From assembly GCA_043760135.1 (NCBI GenBank), contig JAYUPL010000009.1, positions 1 through 54,184 of the forward strand: a stretch of 54,184 nucleotides of DNA, in the 5' to 3' direction. The stretch is from Candidatus Parcubacteria bacterium. GTDB lineage: Bacteria > Patescibacteriota > Minisyncoccia > Phycocordibacterales > CAIZLB01. The notes beneath the pieces were generated by a model, which was not told where the DNA came from, ran no database searches, and saw nothing but the letters and a program-made list of their open reading frames with translations. Shown here piece by piece: positions 18,835-27,945 of the stretch. A program made the position numbers and the translations under genes. Position 1 is the stretch's first letter. Every line of letters begins with the position of its first letter.

Positions 18835-20439
18835 ATGAAATTCTATGAAAGATTTTTATTATTAATCACACTGCTTGTATCTTTTACATACATCTATGCA
18901 GTTGATCAGAATGAAGATCTTGTGAGTTTGATAAAACCTGCAACTGTGCAGATTATTAGTTCAACAAAAGGTTCGATAGGTATTCCAGATTTTGTTTTTG
19001 ATTATGAAGATAAAACAATATCAACGACAACCAAGGTGGATAGTTTTAGTACGACAACAATAGACAAAAGTGTGGAAGGTACAGGCTTTATTATTTCCTC
19101 TGATGGAATAATTGTTGCAAATTCAGAGACATTTATAGGTACCGTGCATACTATATATAGGTCAACAGTTGAAAAATATTTACGCAATGTGCATAATAAA
19201 GACCCTAAAGATCAGGGATATGCTGATGCATACAGCATTATATATAAGTATCTTGCGGAAAATTCTGTTGAAGATGTTAAAACGGATATTAAGATTGTGC
19301 GCCCTAAAACTGGTGGTTATGATGCAGTTGTTTTGTATTCAAGCTCTACATTTGAAAGTGATGATCGTGGTATTGCATTACTAAAAATTAATACAGATAA
19401 ATTACCTTCAATCTACCTATCTGATTCTCCTGCAAATATGGGTGAAAAAGTATACTCAATGAGTTATCCGTTATTGGAGCAGCTAGTTTCGGAACCGGTC
19501 TTTAATCAAGGAATCATAAATACAATAAAAGATAATCAATATCAAACAAATATACCTTCACTTGATGGATCAAAAGGAAGTCCTGTTATTGATCAAGATG
19601 GAAAGATAATTGGATCATTGACGTCATCTGGTTTTGTTATCCCAGTATCTGCGATTAAAGAAGCACTTGCGTCAACAAGTATTTCATTGAACCCAAGTCT
19701 ATATATTACTCATTATCAAAATGGTTTAGCGTTATTGGAAAATAATCACTGCAAAGCAGCTCTTGAGGAATTTGAGAAAGCACAAGATGTGAATCCTGAT
19801 TTTTCTGTAGAAGAATTTATAAAACCGAAAAAAGATCTATGTGAGTCAATCATAGCTTCAGGTCAATCAAGAGATACTCTTTGGGATGAAATTATGTTCA
19901 TATTAAAAACTAATGCATCAAATGTGTATTTGTGGGGAAGTATCATTGGATTGTTTATTTTATCAGTATTGTGTAACAGATATTTTTTAAATCGACTTCG
20001 AAAGGACGAAGAAAGGATGGGTATAATCACTAGGCAAGAAGTTGTTGCTGATGATGGGATTGAAATTCTGCGTAAATCAAGTTCACGTGGAAGTAGGTCT
20101 AAGATTTCTACCGAATTTCGCGTAAAGGAAATTTTTGATCCTTTAGAATCAGAGTTATCTGAAAAAACAACCAAGATTGACTCCATGTTCAAAAAACCTG
20201 AAAAAGTTGAAGTGCTGACACGTCTTGAATCTGCTCCTGATGTGATAAAAGTTCCAAAAGCAATACAACCTGATAACTCTCTTGTGATTATTGCACCATT
20301 TAAAACATTAAGTGTACCTATAACCCAAAAAATTAAAAAAATTACAGAGTTGCAGAAAGTTATCACAACAGATCTACCACCTGTAAAAAAAGAGGATATG
20401 AAGATAGAGGATCCCGGGAAACCCACTAAGAGGAAATAA
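18835..20439 (+). CDS. Trypsin-like peptidase-domain membrane protein, catalytic residues degenerate
   Basis: GTGFIIS and IALLKI motifs. GSKGSP replaces GNSGGP. C-terminal TM. Confidence 0.7.
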   Translation: MKFYERFLLLITLLVSFTYIYAVDQNEDLVSLIKPATVQIISSTKGSIGIPDFVFDYEDKTISTTTKVDSFSTTTIDKSVEGTGFIISSDGIIVANSETFIGTVHTIYRSTVEKYLRNVHNKDPKDQGYADAYSIIYKYLAENSVEDVKTDIKIVRPKTGGYDAVVLYSSSTFESDDRGIALLKINTDKLPSIYLSDSPANMGEKVYSMSYPLLEQLVSEPVFNQGIINTIKDNQYQTNIPSLDGSKGSPVIDQDGKIIGSLTSSGFVIPVSAIKEALASTSISLNPSLYITHYQNGLALLENNHCKAALEEFEKAQDVNPDFSVEEFIKPKKDLCESIIASGQSRDTLWDEIMFILKTNASNVYLWGSIIGLFILSVLCNRYFLNRLRKDEERMGIITRQEVVADDGIEILRKSSSRGSRSKISTEFRVKEIFDPLESELSEKTTKIDSMFKKPEKVEVLTRLESAPDVIKVPKAIQPDNSLVIIAPFKTLSVPITQKIKKITELQKVITTDLPPVKKEDMKIEDPGKPTKRK

Positions 20440-20542
20440 AAACCCTTACCACAAGGGTACTTCTGTTTTGATAAATCAAAACAAGTCGCATAAAAAATAA
20501 ACCATCCCTAACCAGGATGGTTTATTTTTTTATGTGTGATTT

Positions 20543-21175
20543 CTATTTCTCAATAACTAAACTGTCTGCACTTATTCTCACTTTTGTAAGAGATGATTGT
20601 GCATCATTGGTAGATCTATAACCTACTGCTACCACAACTACAGATTTTAAATTAAGTTCTTTTAAGCCCAGTATTTCGTCAAATTGTGTCGAATCAAATC
20701 CTTCCATCGGTGATGCGTCGATTCTCTCCAGTGCAGCTGTTGCCAGTAAAACTCCTAGACCGATGTATGCCTGTTTTGTTGCCCAGGCTGTATTTTCTTC
20801 GGCTGAACGAGATCCAACACTTCCTTTAATAATATCAGCATATCCAGATAAAGATTCGATTGGTACATTTCTAGCTTTTGAAACTTCATTCATAAATTCG
20901 TTTATGTCAGCTTCACCTAAATTTGTTTTGGCTGCGAATACTAAAAATTCAGAAGCATCTGTAACTTGAGTTTGACCCCACGCTGCTGCTTTTAACTTTT
21001 TACGAGTGTCTGCATCTTTAACATGTATCAGTTTATATGTTGGTAAGCCAAATGAAGAGGGGGCTAGTCGTACAGATTCGATCAATGTTGAAACCTGAGG
21101 GCTGTCTAATTTTTTTGTTGTATCGTATGCTTTTGTTGCATATCTCCAATTTAATGCATCTATTATATTTGCCAT
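20543..21175 (-). CDS. Nitroreductase family NAD(P)H oxidoreductase (NfsB-like)
   Basis: WRYATKAYD, LAPSS and PMEGFD motifs. Confidence 0.93.
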   Translation of the reverse strand: MANIIDALNWRYATKAYDTTKKLDSPQVSTLIESVRLAPSSFGLPTYKLIHVKDADTRKKLKAAAWGQTQVTDASEFLVFAAKTNLGEADINEFMNEVSKARNVPIESLSGYADIIKGSVGSRSAEENTAWATKQAYIGLGVLLATAALERIDASPMEGFDSTQFDEILGLKELNLKSVVVVAVGYRSTNDAQSSLTKVRISADSLVIEK

Positions 21176-21267
21176 GTATTTTTTGTTGTATTTATTTTGT
21201 AATAGCTCTTAGTATAGTCCCTTTACTTTCATTTGTAAAGTAACTAAAAAAATGTTACTTTATATAC

Positions 21268-21597
21268 ATGTTTAGGACGAAAGCTCAGCAAAAGAAAATC
21301 TGTACAAATTGCCCTATAGCCAAAGCATCTGACTTGGTGGGTGACTCTGTGGTGCTTATTATTATTCGTGAACTCCTTACAGGTTCTAAAAGATTTGGTG
21401 AAATCCACGAGGTTCTTGGTGGTGTAAGTACTCGAACATTAACTGAAAAATTAAAGGTTCTAGAGGAAAATAAACTGGTTCTACGCCTCGAATTTAAGCA
21501 AAAACCTCCACACGTTGAATATTCATTAACGGTAAAAGGTAAGGGTTTGAAAAAGGTTGTGAATGCGTTGTCTGATTATGGACAAAAGTTTCTATAA
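21268..21597 (+). CDS. HxlR family regulator
   Basis: CPI...KRFGEI...PPHVEYSLT. Divergent from the nitroreductase. Confidence 0.92.
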   Translation: MFRTKAQQKKICTNCPIAKASDLVGDSVVLIIIRELLTGSKRFGEIHEVLGGVSTRTLTEKLKVLEENKLVLRLEFKQKPPHVEYSLTVKGKGLKKVVNALSDYGQKFL

Positions 21598-21613
21598 TAG
21601 GTATAATATAAAC

Positions 21614-22132
21614 ATGAAATCAACAAATATAATAATCACAATAATAATTTTAACATTGATAGCTGGAACTGTATATGTTCTAAGTGATAAAAAAGTAGAT
21701 GATAGTATGATGATGAAAGATGAAAAAAAACAGGTTATGGAGGTTATGGAAAAAGAATCTATGATGAAGGCATCTTCTTCAGATTCATCTACAATGTCAG
21801 ATGACAAAATGATGACTGTTAAAGGTGGTGTATATGAACTATATTCACCTGAAAAATTAGTAAATGCAAAAACAGGTGACGTAGTATTATTCTTTAAAGC
21901 AAATTGGTGTCCATCATGTAGAACAGTTGATGCTGATATAAAATCAAATTTAAATCAAATTCCTAAAAATCTTACATTATTAGAATTGGATTATGATAAA
22001 TCATCAGATCTTAAGAAAAAGTATGGTGTTACATATCAACATACTTTTGTACAAGTTGATTCCGATGGAAATATGATTAAAAAATGGTCAGGTGGTTCAA
22101 CATTAAACTCAATAGTAAAAGAAATAATATAA
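21614..22132 (+). CDS. Membrane-anchored thioredoxin with a Met-rich linker
   Basis: WCPSC motif and N-terminal TM. Confidence 0.9.
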   Translation: MKSTNIIITIIILTLIAGTVYVLSDKKVDDSMMMKDEKKQVMEVMEKESMMKASSSDSSTMSDDKMMTVKGGVYELYSPEKLVNAKTGDVVLFFKANWCPSCRTVDADIKSNLNQIPKNLTLLELDYDKSSDLKKKYGVTYQHTFVQVDSDGNMIKKWSGGSTLNSIVKEII

Positions 22133-22135
22133 TAA

Positions 22136-22885
22136 ATGTTACTGCTCATAGTATCTTTTATAGCTGGAATATTAACCATACTAGCACCATGTATATTGCC
22201 AGTACTTCCGGTTATACTCGGTAGTTCGGTAGGGGACAAAAAGGCCAACAAAAAGAAAAGTCTAACAATAATATTTTCTCTTGGTGTATCCGTGGTACTT
22301 TTTACACTTTTACTAAAGGTAAGTAGTTCGTTTATTGATATTCCAGAATATACTTGGAAAATAGTATCAGGATGTATTATTCTTATACTCGGTCTGATAA
22401 CAGTTTTTCCATCTCTTTGGGAAAATAAATACATCGCCAAACTTTCGAGAAAATCAAATATAGCACTTGGAAAAGGTGATCAGAAAAAAAGTTTTACAGG
22501 CGATGTAATAGTAGGAGCATCTTTAGGTCCAGTGTTTTCTACATGTAGTCCAACATACTTTATCATCCTGGCAACAGTTCTACCTGCAAGTCCTTTTCTT
22601 GGTTTTGTATATCTTTTAGCGTATGTGTTCGGTTTATGTTTATCATTGTTATTGATTGCCTTAATAGGACAAAAGATTGTAGACAGGCTTGAGTTGTTTG
22701 CAAATCCGGATGGTTGGTTTAAAAAAGTTCTCGGTGTGTTGTTTATATTAGTTGCGATTGCAATATTCACAGGATTTGATAAAAAGCTCCAGACTGTTAT
22801 ATTGGATAATGGATTTTTTGATGTAACGAAGATTGAACAAATGTTACTAGATTCTAAAGATAAAAAAAGTTCAACCTTTAACTAA
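22136..22885 (+). CDS. CcdA/DsbD-type membrane disulfide reductase
   Basis: APCILPVLP and STCSP motifs, multiple TM segments. Confidence 0.88.
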   Translation: MLLLIVSFIAGILTILAPCILPVLPVILGSSVGDKKANKKKSLTIIFSLGVSVVLFTLLLKVSSSFIDIPEYTWKIVSGCIILILGLITVFPSLWENKYIAKLSRKSNIALGKGDQKKSFTGDVIVGASLGPVFSTCSPTYFIILATVLPASPFLGFVYLLAYVFGLCLSLLLIALIGQKIVDRLELFANPDGWFKKVLGVLFILVAIAIFTGFDKKLQTVILDNGFFDVTKIEQMLLDSKDKKSSTFN

Positions 22886-22969
22886 CTATGTTAAAAATCA
22901 AGGTATTAAAAACTACGAATAATTACCATCCAGCAGCCAAGTCTTTTTGACTAAATCAGAATAGAGGTG

Positions 22970-23003
22970 ATACCTTGATGCTCTGCATTGAGGTTGTATT
23001 TAC
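22970..23003. repeat. REP-like palindrome (degenerate copy)
   Basis: ataccttgatgc-tct-gcattgaggttgtattt. Confidence 0.6.
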
Positions 23004-23077
23004 TTTTGAAGGTTACCCTTATTTGTATATACGCAGGTCGAGATGAAAATATTAACAAGTGTGATACCATGCATATA

Positions 23078-23800
23078 ATGATCGAAATTATCCATGAAGA
23101 AAAAGATTTTGTTATCATCAATAAACCAGCTGGTTTGATAACCCATAGTGACGGAAGAAAAAAAGAGGAAGTAGATTCTGTTGCTTCTCAGATTTTAAAA
23201 TTGTACCCTCAAACCAAAGATGTAGGGGAGAAGGATGATAAATTTGAAAGACATGGGATAGTACATAGATTAGACTCGGATACTTCCGGAGTGATGATCA
23301 TTGCTTTGAATCAAGAATTTTACACATATATAAAGGAGCAGTTCAAAAGTCATAAAGTTGAGAAGGAATATAGAACTCTGGTGTATGGTCATTTCAAATC
23401 CCCAAAAGGTTGTATTCAAGAATCTATTGGGCGCAGTCAGTCTGATTTTAGAAAATATGTCTGCGGTCGCTTTGCTCGAGGGGAGCTTCGTGAAGCTGTT
23501 ACATATTTTGAAGTATTGAAAGAATTTGAATTGAGGGGGGTAAAATATGCCTATGTATCCGTTAAGCCTAAGACGGGTCGTACGCATCAAATCAGAGTAC
23601 ATATGAAGCATATTAACCATGGTATACTGGCAGATAGATTATATATGCCAAATCACAAGGACAATCTCGGTTTGAAAAGACAGGCTCTTCACGCCTTCAA
23701 AATAACCTTTACAGATATGGCCCATGTGGAGAGGGTGTTTGAAGCACCATTGGCACCAGATATAGGGTGTGTACTCAAGCAATTTGACATGAAATCTTAA
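23078..23800 (+). CDS. RluA family pseudouridine synthase
   Basis: NKPAG, HRLD and TGRTHQIRVH motifs. Confidence 0.95.
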   Translation: MIEIIHEEKDFVIINKPAGLITHSDGRKKEEVDSVASQILKLYPQTKDVGEKDDKFERHGIVHRLDSDTSGVMIIALNQEFYTYIKEQFKSHKVEKEYRTLVYGHFKSPKGCIQESIGRSQSDFRKYVCGRFARGELREAVTYFEVLKEFELRGVKYAYVSVKPKTGRTHQIRVHMKHINHGILADRLYMPNHKDNLGLKRQALHAFKITFTDMAHVERVFEAPLAPDIGCVLKQFDMKS

Positions 23801-23817
23801 TTTGATATACTTCTGGT

Positions 23818-23970
23818 ATAAGACTTAACGACAGAAAATTAACAATCGGCTTTGCTGCGGGCTTACTGGAAACGGTAGGTACTCATGGATGAAGCCGCGA
23901 GCAATCGATTGCTCGCCGTGCCGTCATCCTAAGTCTCGTAAAAAACTATCCTTGTGGTAGTTTTTTGCTT
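23818..23970 (+). ncRNA. Candidate structured ncRNA 1
   Basis: TTGACA-16-TATACT promoter at 23784-23811. Stems AGACTTA/TAAGTCT, CGGCTTT/GAAGCCG, GCTTACTG-GAAA-CGGTAGGT and GCGAGCAAT/ATTGCTCGC. Terminator overlaps the stop of the convergent ORF. Confidence 0.75.
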
Positions 23971-24359
23971 TTTTGAAGATGTATCGAGCATATTTCTAAT
24001 CTGGAATCTATCATATCGGCTACGATCCTTATGCTGTATTGAGCCCGGTCTAAAGGTTGTTTGCTGTATACGATTCTATTATTTGCCTGGATAATGACAC
24101 TATCAGCGAAAATATAGGTTTTAACGATGTTGTCTGTTATGAAAAATAAACGGTTTAAGATTTCACCTGTACTGTATTTTTTAACCAATTCTTTCTTTCG
24201 GCTTTCTACAAAATGCTTTAAAGACCGCCTTGAAATAAACAATGAATGGGAAGCATCTATCTGCAAGAGCTCGGTTTGGTGTTCAATATAATCACCGCTC
24301 TCCATGCCATAATAAAGTTTTATGAGTTTTTTAATTATTTCAATATATAAGCTATGCAC
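23946..24359 (-). CDS. Hypothetical protein, possible BECR/PBECR-like ribonuclease
   Basis: ISRRSLKHF helix followed by a beta-strand pattern (RIVYSK, IRIVAD, LEICSIH). Pattern-level only. Confidence 0.5.
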   Translation of the reverse strand: MHSLYIEIIKKLIKLYYGMESGDYIEHQTELLQIDASHSLFISRRSLKHFVESRKKELVKKYSTGEILNRLFFITDNIVKTYIFADSVIIQANNRIVYSKQPLDRAQYSIRIVADMIDSRLEICSIHLQKSKKLPQG

Positions 24360-24479
24360 CTAAAGATGATACAAAAACAGGGTTAAAGTTTTGATAAAGA
24401 CTTTATAAAGAAACGCTGAAGAAAGACCCAGTCAGAATGCTTGATTTAATAACGCAAATATGTTAATAATTAGTCTATT

Positions 24480-24941
24480 ATGGCTATAACATTATCGACA
24501 TTAGACAAAACAACAAGAAAAACACTTGATTTAAGAACAGGTGATACTATTAAAGTACATCAAAAGATTCAAGAAAAAGGTAAAACTCGTATACAGATCT
24601 TCGAAGGAATGATCTTGGCACGTAAGCATGGAACAGAGGCCGGTGCTACATTAACTGTTAGAAAATCAGCTAACGGATACGGAGTAGAAAGAATCTTCCC
24701 TCTATATTCACCAATGATCGACAAGATTGAACTTGTGAAGAGATCTAAAGTAAGAAGAGCTAAACTATACTATATAAGAGATAAGGCAGTTAAAGAGATC
24801 AACAAGCGTCTAAAAATGCAAATGGTTAGAGCTCCTAAAAAAGACGCCTTGGCGGCAGCACCGGACAACGATTTATTAGATGAAACTCCAGAAGATATCG
24901 ACATGGAGAAAGTTGCAGAAATTGAAAAAGCAGCAGAATAA
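24480..24941 (+). CDS. rplS: 50S ribosomal protein L19
   Basis: GDTIKVH, RIQIFEG, GVERIFP and VRRAKLYY motifs. Acidic C-terminal extension. Confidence 0.98.
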   Translation: MAITLSTLDKTTRKTLDLRTGDTIKVHQKIQEKGKTRIQIFEGMILARKHGTEAGATLTVRKSANGYGVERIFPLYSPMIDKIELVKRSKVRRAKLYYIRDKAVKEINKRLKMQMVRAPKKDALAAAPDNDLLDETPEDIDMEKVAEIEKAAE

Positions 24942-24999
24942 CATTCCCGAAACGGGCCATACGTACAAAATATACAGGATCATAACAGAGACCTGTATT

Positions 25000-25650
25000 T
25001 TGATATATAAAAAATTTGGATTTACACCGCTGCAAGTTTTGGAAGAGGTGAGACCTTTTTTGTCTGAACAAGATCAGAAGAAGATTACATTTGTTGGCCG
25101 ACTTGATCCGATGGCTGAAGGGAATATTCATCTATTGTGGAGTGGGGATATGGAAGAGAAACAGAAAATACAAAACCAAGATAAGGAATACACAGTTGAG
25201 GTTTTGTTAGGTGTACAAACTGATACGGGAGATATTTTAGGATTGATTGAATTTGTAAATGAAGAAATAGCTTTTGATTTAGAAAAATTTATTGGTCCTT
25301 TTGAATATGAGTATCCAACATATTCGTCTCCACATATTAAAAAAGTTTTAAAAGGTGAAAAAGTTATTCACAGAAAACAGAAAGGATACATTTATAGTAT
25401 TGAGTCAAAGGATATACAAAAGTACAATGCTAACGAATTACAAAGAATTATTTTTGACAAATTATCACAGTGTTCTATGGAGGGAGATTTTAGATTAGAT
25501 CAAGTAAAACAAGGATGGAATAACTTTTTTGAAAACAACGAAAAAGAATTTCAAGTTTTAACACTACAAGTAAAATGTAAGAGAGGAACATACATGAGAG
25601 TGCTTGCTTCGGAGCTTCGAGGGTTGGCATTGAGTATTGTGAGGGGGTAG
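25000..25650 (+). CDS. truB: TruB-like pseudouridine synthase (start uncertain)
   Basis: GRLDP, TDTGD and GTYMR motifs. Confidence 0.75.
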   Translation: MIYKKFGFTPLQVLEEVRPFLSEQDQKKITFVGRLDPMAEGNIHLLWSGDMEEKQKIQNQDKEYTVEVLLGVQTDTGDILGLIEFVNEEIAFDLEKFIGPFEYEYPTYSSPHIKKVLKGEKVIHRKQKGYIYSIESKDIQKYNANELQRIIFDKLSQCSMEGDFRLDQVKQGWNNFFENNEKEFQVLTLQVKCKRGTYMRVLASELRGLALSIVRG

Positions 25651-25725
25651 GAGTTTATTTAAACTTAGGTTTTTCTTGAGAATTTCTTCAGCGGAAGTTT
25701 GAGGGTGTTTTTGTATGATAAGTTG

Positions 25726-26289
25726 ATGAAACAAAAATTACCTTACCAACAATTCTTTTATATTGACGAATCCAATATATCAGTAAATACAGGACACACT
25801 GTATATGCGTGTATATTTATTATGTATTTAGATAAGGATGATATTGGTGACTATATTGTTAATTTAGAAAAAGGTTTACATATGCGTCCTGCACATTGGG
25901 TTAATATGTCTTGGAAACTAAGAATAAAATTTGCAGAAAATATTAAGAACCTAAATTTTTCTTGTAAGGTGGTATTATATAAAAATCCTGTTGTTCAAAA
26001 TGAGGTTCTTGAAGATTTTTTGATGAAAATTATTATCAATAATTATTCACCTCTTAAAGTAATTATCGACGGAAAAAAGAGTGATAACTACATACATAAG
26101 TTAAAAAGCAGATTAAAATACCGGGGAATTATTATCAATAAATTATTGTTTGTTAACGACAAAGGTGATCCTTTGGTCAGATTGGCAGATTTTATTGCAG
26201 GTCTGGTAAGATCTTATATAGACAATAGGAGTGCCAACAATGAATATTTGTTTGATTTATTAAAACATAAAATAAAAATGCCCGACTAA
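25726..26289 (+). CDS. DUF3800-like (RNase H-fold) protein
   Basis: YIDES at the N-terminus, IIDG, and VRLADFIAG at the C-terminus. Confidence 0.8.
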   Translation: MKQKLPYQQFFYIDESNISVNTGHTVYACIFIMYLDKDDIGDYIVNLEKGLHMRPAHWVNMSWKLRIKFAENIKNLNFSCKVVLYKNPVVQNEVLEDFLMKIIINNYSPLKVIIDGKKSDNYIHKLKSRLKYRGIIINKLLFVNDKGDPLVRLADFIAGLVRSYIDNRSANNEYLFDLLKHKIKMPD

Positions 26290-26388
26290 GGGTATTTTTA
26301 TTCCATGCGACAGGGCGCCAGCGGACGGTTAGGGTTTAAAACCCAGAAGATCCAAAAGGGATCTTCTGTCCCGTCGTAAGCTTGTTAC
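26271..26388 (-). ncRNA. Candidate structured ncRNA 2 (DUF3800-associated)
   Basis: Extended -10 TGcTATACT at 26403-26395. GC-rich multistem (cagaagatcc/ggatcttctg, gggtt/aaccc, gcgacaggg/cccgtcgt). Shared terminator at 26271-26302. Strand is not certain. Confidence 0.65.
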
Positions 26389-26677
26389 TTTTATAGTATA
26401 GCACAGGTGTCAAGCTTTGAAAGAATTTCTGCATGAACCACTTAGGCGGTCATTCTTTGAGGATCTGACTTACTATGTGCACATGATATAAAATTTTAAT
26501 TTGTAACCAGAAAAGTTTTTATGAAAGATAAAGAAAGTTATAAACAAAACTATTTGCATATATTTTTTAATTTAATGTATAATATAAGTATCTTTTATTT
26601 TTACAAATTAATAAAAGAGATGGATTAGCTAATTTGTTTACTCAATTAATAAAAAATAAAATTTAAATTTAAATAAT

Positions 26678-27157
26678 ATGAAAACATTAAAAAAAGGATT
26701 CACACTTATAGAACTATTGGTGGTGATCGCGATCATTGGTATACTTTCAAGTATTGTGTTGGCTTCACTTTCTTCTGCAAGAAGTAAAGGTGAGGATGCT
26801 GCAATTCAGTCAACTCTTTCAAGCATGAGAGCGCAAGCTGAGTTGTTTTACTCAAACCAGAGTCCAGGTGGTTATGGTACATCTACAACAAACTTTGCTG
26901 TTTGCCCTACAACCGCAGGTGTTACAAGTATCTTTGATTCAGCTGCTACTGGAGGACTACTTACTCTTTCAAAAGGTTTGGTTGATAAAGCTGCTGCTGG
27001 AACAACACGTTGTGGTTCACTTGGTACAACATGGACAGCAATTGCAACTTTGAGAAGTAATACAGGTCAATACTATTGTGTAGACAGTACGGGTTCAGCA
27101 AAGGTTGTTACTTCGGCTACGCCTGCAACTGGTGTTGCTGTTGTACCTTGTCCATAA
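26678..27157 (+). CDS. Type IV pilin
   Basis: Class III signal KKG^FTLIELLVVIAIIGIL and YCVDSTG. Confidence 0.93.
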   Translation: MKTLKKGFTLIELLVVIAIIGILSSIVLASLSSARSKGEDAAIQSTLSSMRAQAELFYSNQSPGGYGTSTTNFAVCPTTAGVTSIFDSAATGGLLTLSKGLVDKAAAGTTRCGSLGTTWTAIATLRSNTGQYYCVDSTGSAKVVTSATPATGVAVVPCP

Positions 27158-27182
27158 TCCTTTCCTTTAACTCAGAACTCCG

Positions 27183-27209
27183 AAAAACCACCTTCACCGG
27201 TGGTTTTTT
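27183..27209 (+). terminator. Pilin terminator
   Basis: aaaaaccacc/ggtggttttt hairpin. Confidence 0.8.
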
Positions 27210-27228
27210 CTTTATGTGATTTTGGTTG

Positions 27229-27276
27229 AAACTTTATTTTTTCTTTTAATATATTTTATCTCCCATCTGTACAATT
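27229..27276 (+). repeat. 48-bp promoter-containing direct repeat, copy 1
   Basis: aaactttattttttcttttaatatattttatctcccatctgtacaatt. ATG follows at 27283. Confidence 0.92.
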
Positions 27277-27282
27277 TGAGGA

Positions 27283-27834
27283 ATGTACAAAAAATCATTA
27301 TTTATATCAAAAACAATAAGGCAGTTAAATAAAAAGGAAAAGCAGTTTCTGTGTGATGTAAAAAATGTAATTAATTTAAAAAGCGATATATCGATAGTTT
27401 CTTATTTACCGGGATACATCTCTTCCGACAGGAAGGTAAGACCGTTACTGTTGAGCAAGGATATTGTCCTGAAGATAACGGTTAAGCACGGTTATATTCA
27501 TGTAAAAAACCTGTTGATTAATGCCCACGACTGGGATTATGTAATACAGAATTTAGACAGAGATAAAGATAAAATAAATCTTATTAAACTAATACCAAAT
27601 TCAAATAACTTTTTACTTATAGGTGCTGTAAAAAATAATGGCTTTTTTATGCTTACTCATTTTGAAACAGAGGTCATAAAGGGAAATGAACTAAAAAGTC
27701 TCCTTGGAAGAGGAGACATGATTAGTAAGGATGCCCGACCTGGATCCTTCATATCATCAATCGAGACATCTAGTCTGTTAGAGGGGGTTTCTAACGTCAT
27801 TGATAATGATAATAGTATAAACCTTCAAAGTTAA
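27283..27834 (+). CDS. Hypothetical protein, possible PBECR-like nuclease
   Basis: LSKDIVLKITVKH...DYVI...INLIK...FLLIG...FMLTHF pattern. The tail overlaps an antisense RNA candidate. Confidence 0.5.
   Translation: MYKKSLFISKTIRQLNKKEKQFLCDVKNVINLKSDISIVSYLPGYISSDRKVRPLLLSKDIVLKITVKHGYIHVKNLLINAHDWDYVIQNLDRDKDKINLIKLIPNSNNFLLIGAVKNNGFFMLTHFETEVIKGNELKSLLGRGDMISKDARPGSFISSIETSSLLEGVSNVIDNDNSINLQS
27693..27807 (-). ncRNA. Candidate antisense structured ncRNA 3
   Basis: TTGACT-16-TATACT at 27841-27814. Stems ATCAAT/ATTGAT, GTTAGA/TCTAAC, AGAC/GTCT and AAGGAT/ATCCTT. Terminator GTCTCCT-N6-AGGAGAC-TTTTT. Confidence 0.65.
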
Positions 27835-27891
27835 AAGTCAAATTTAGGTTTCAATTATGCGGAATTCCGTAACATTAAAACTTCTTTAGTA

Positions 27892-27939
27892 AAACTTTAT
27901 TTTTTCTTTTAATATATTTTATCTCCCATACGTACAATT
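27892..27939 (+). repeat. 48-bp promoter-containing direct repeat, copy 2
   Basis: Near-identical to copy 1. ATG follows at 27946. Confidence 0.92.
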
Positions 27940-27945
27940 GTATGT

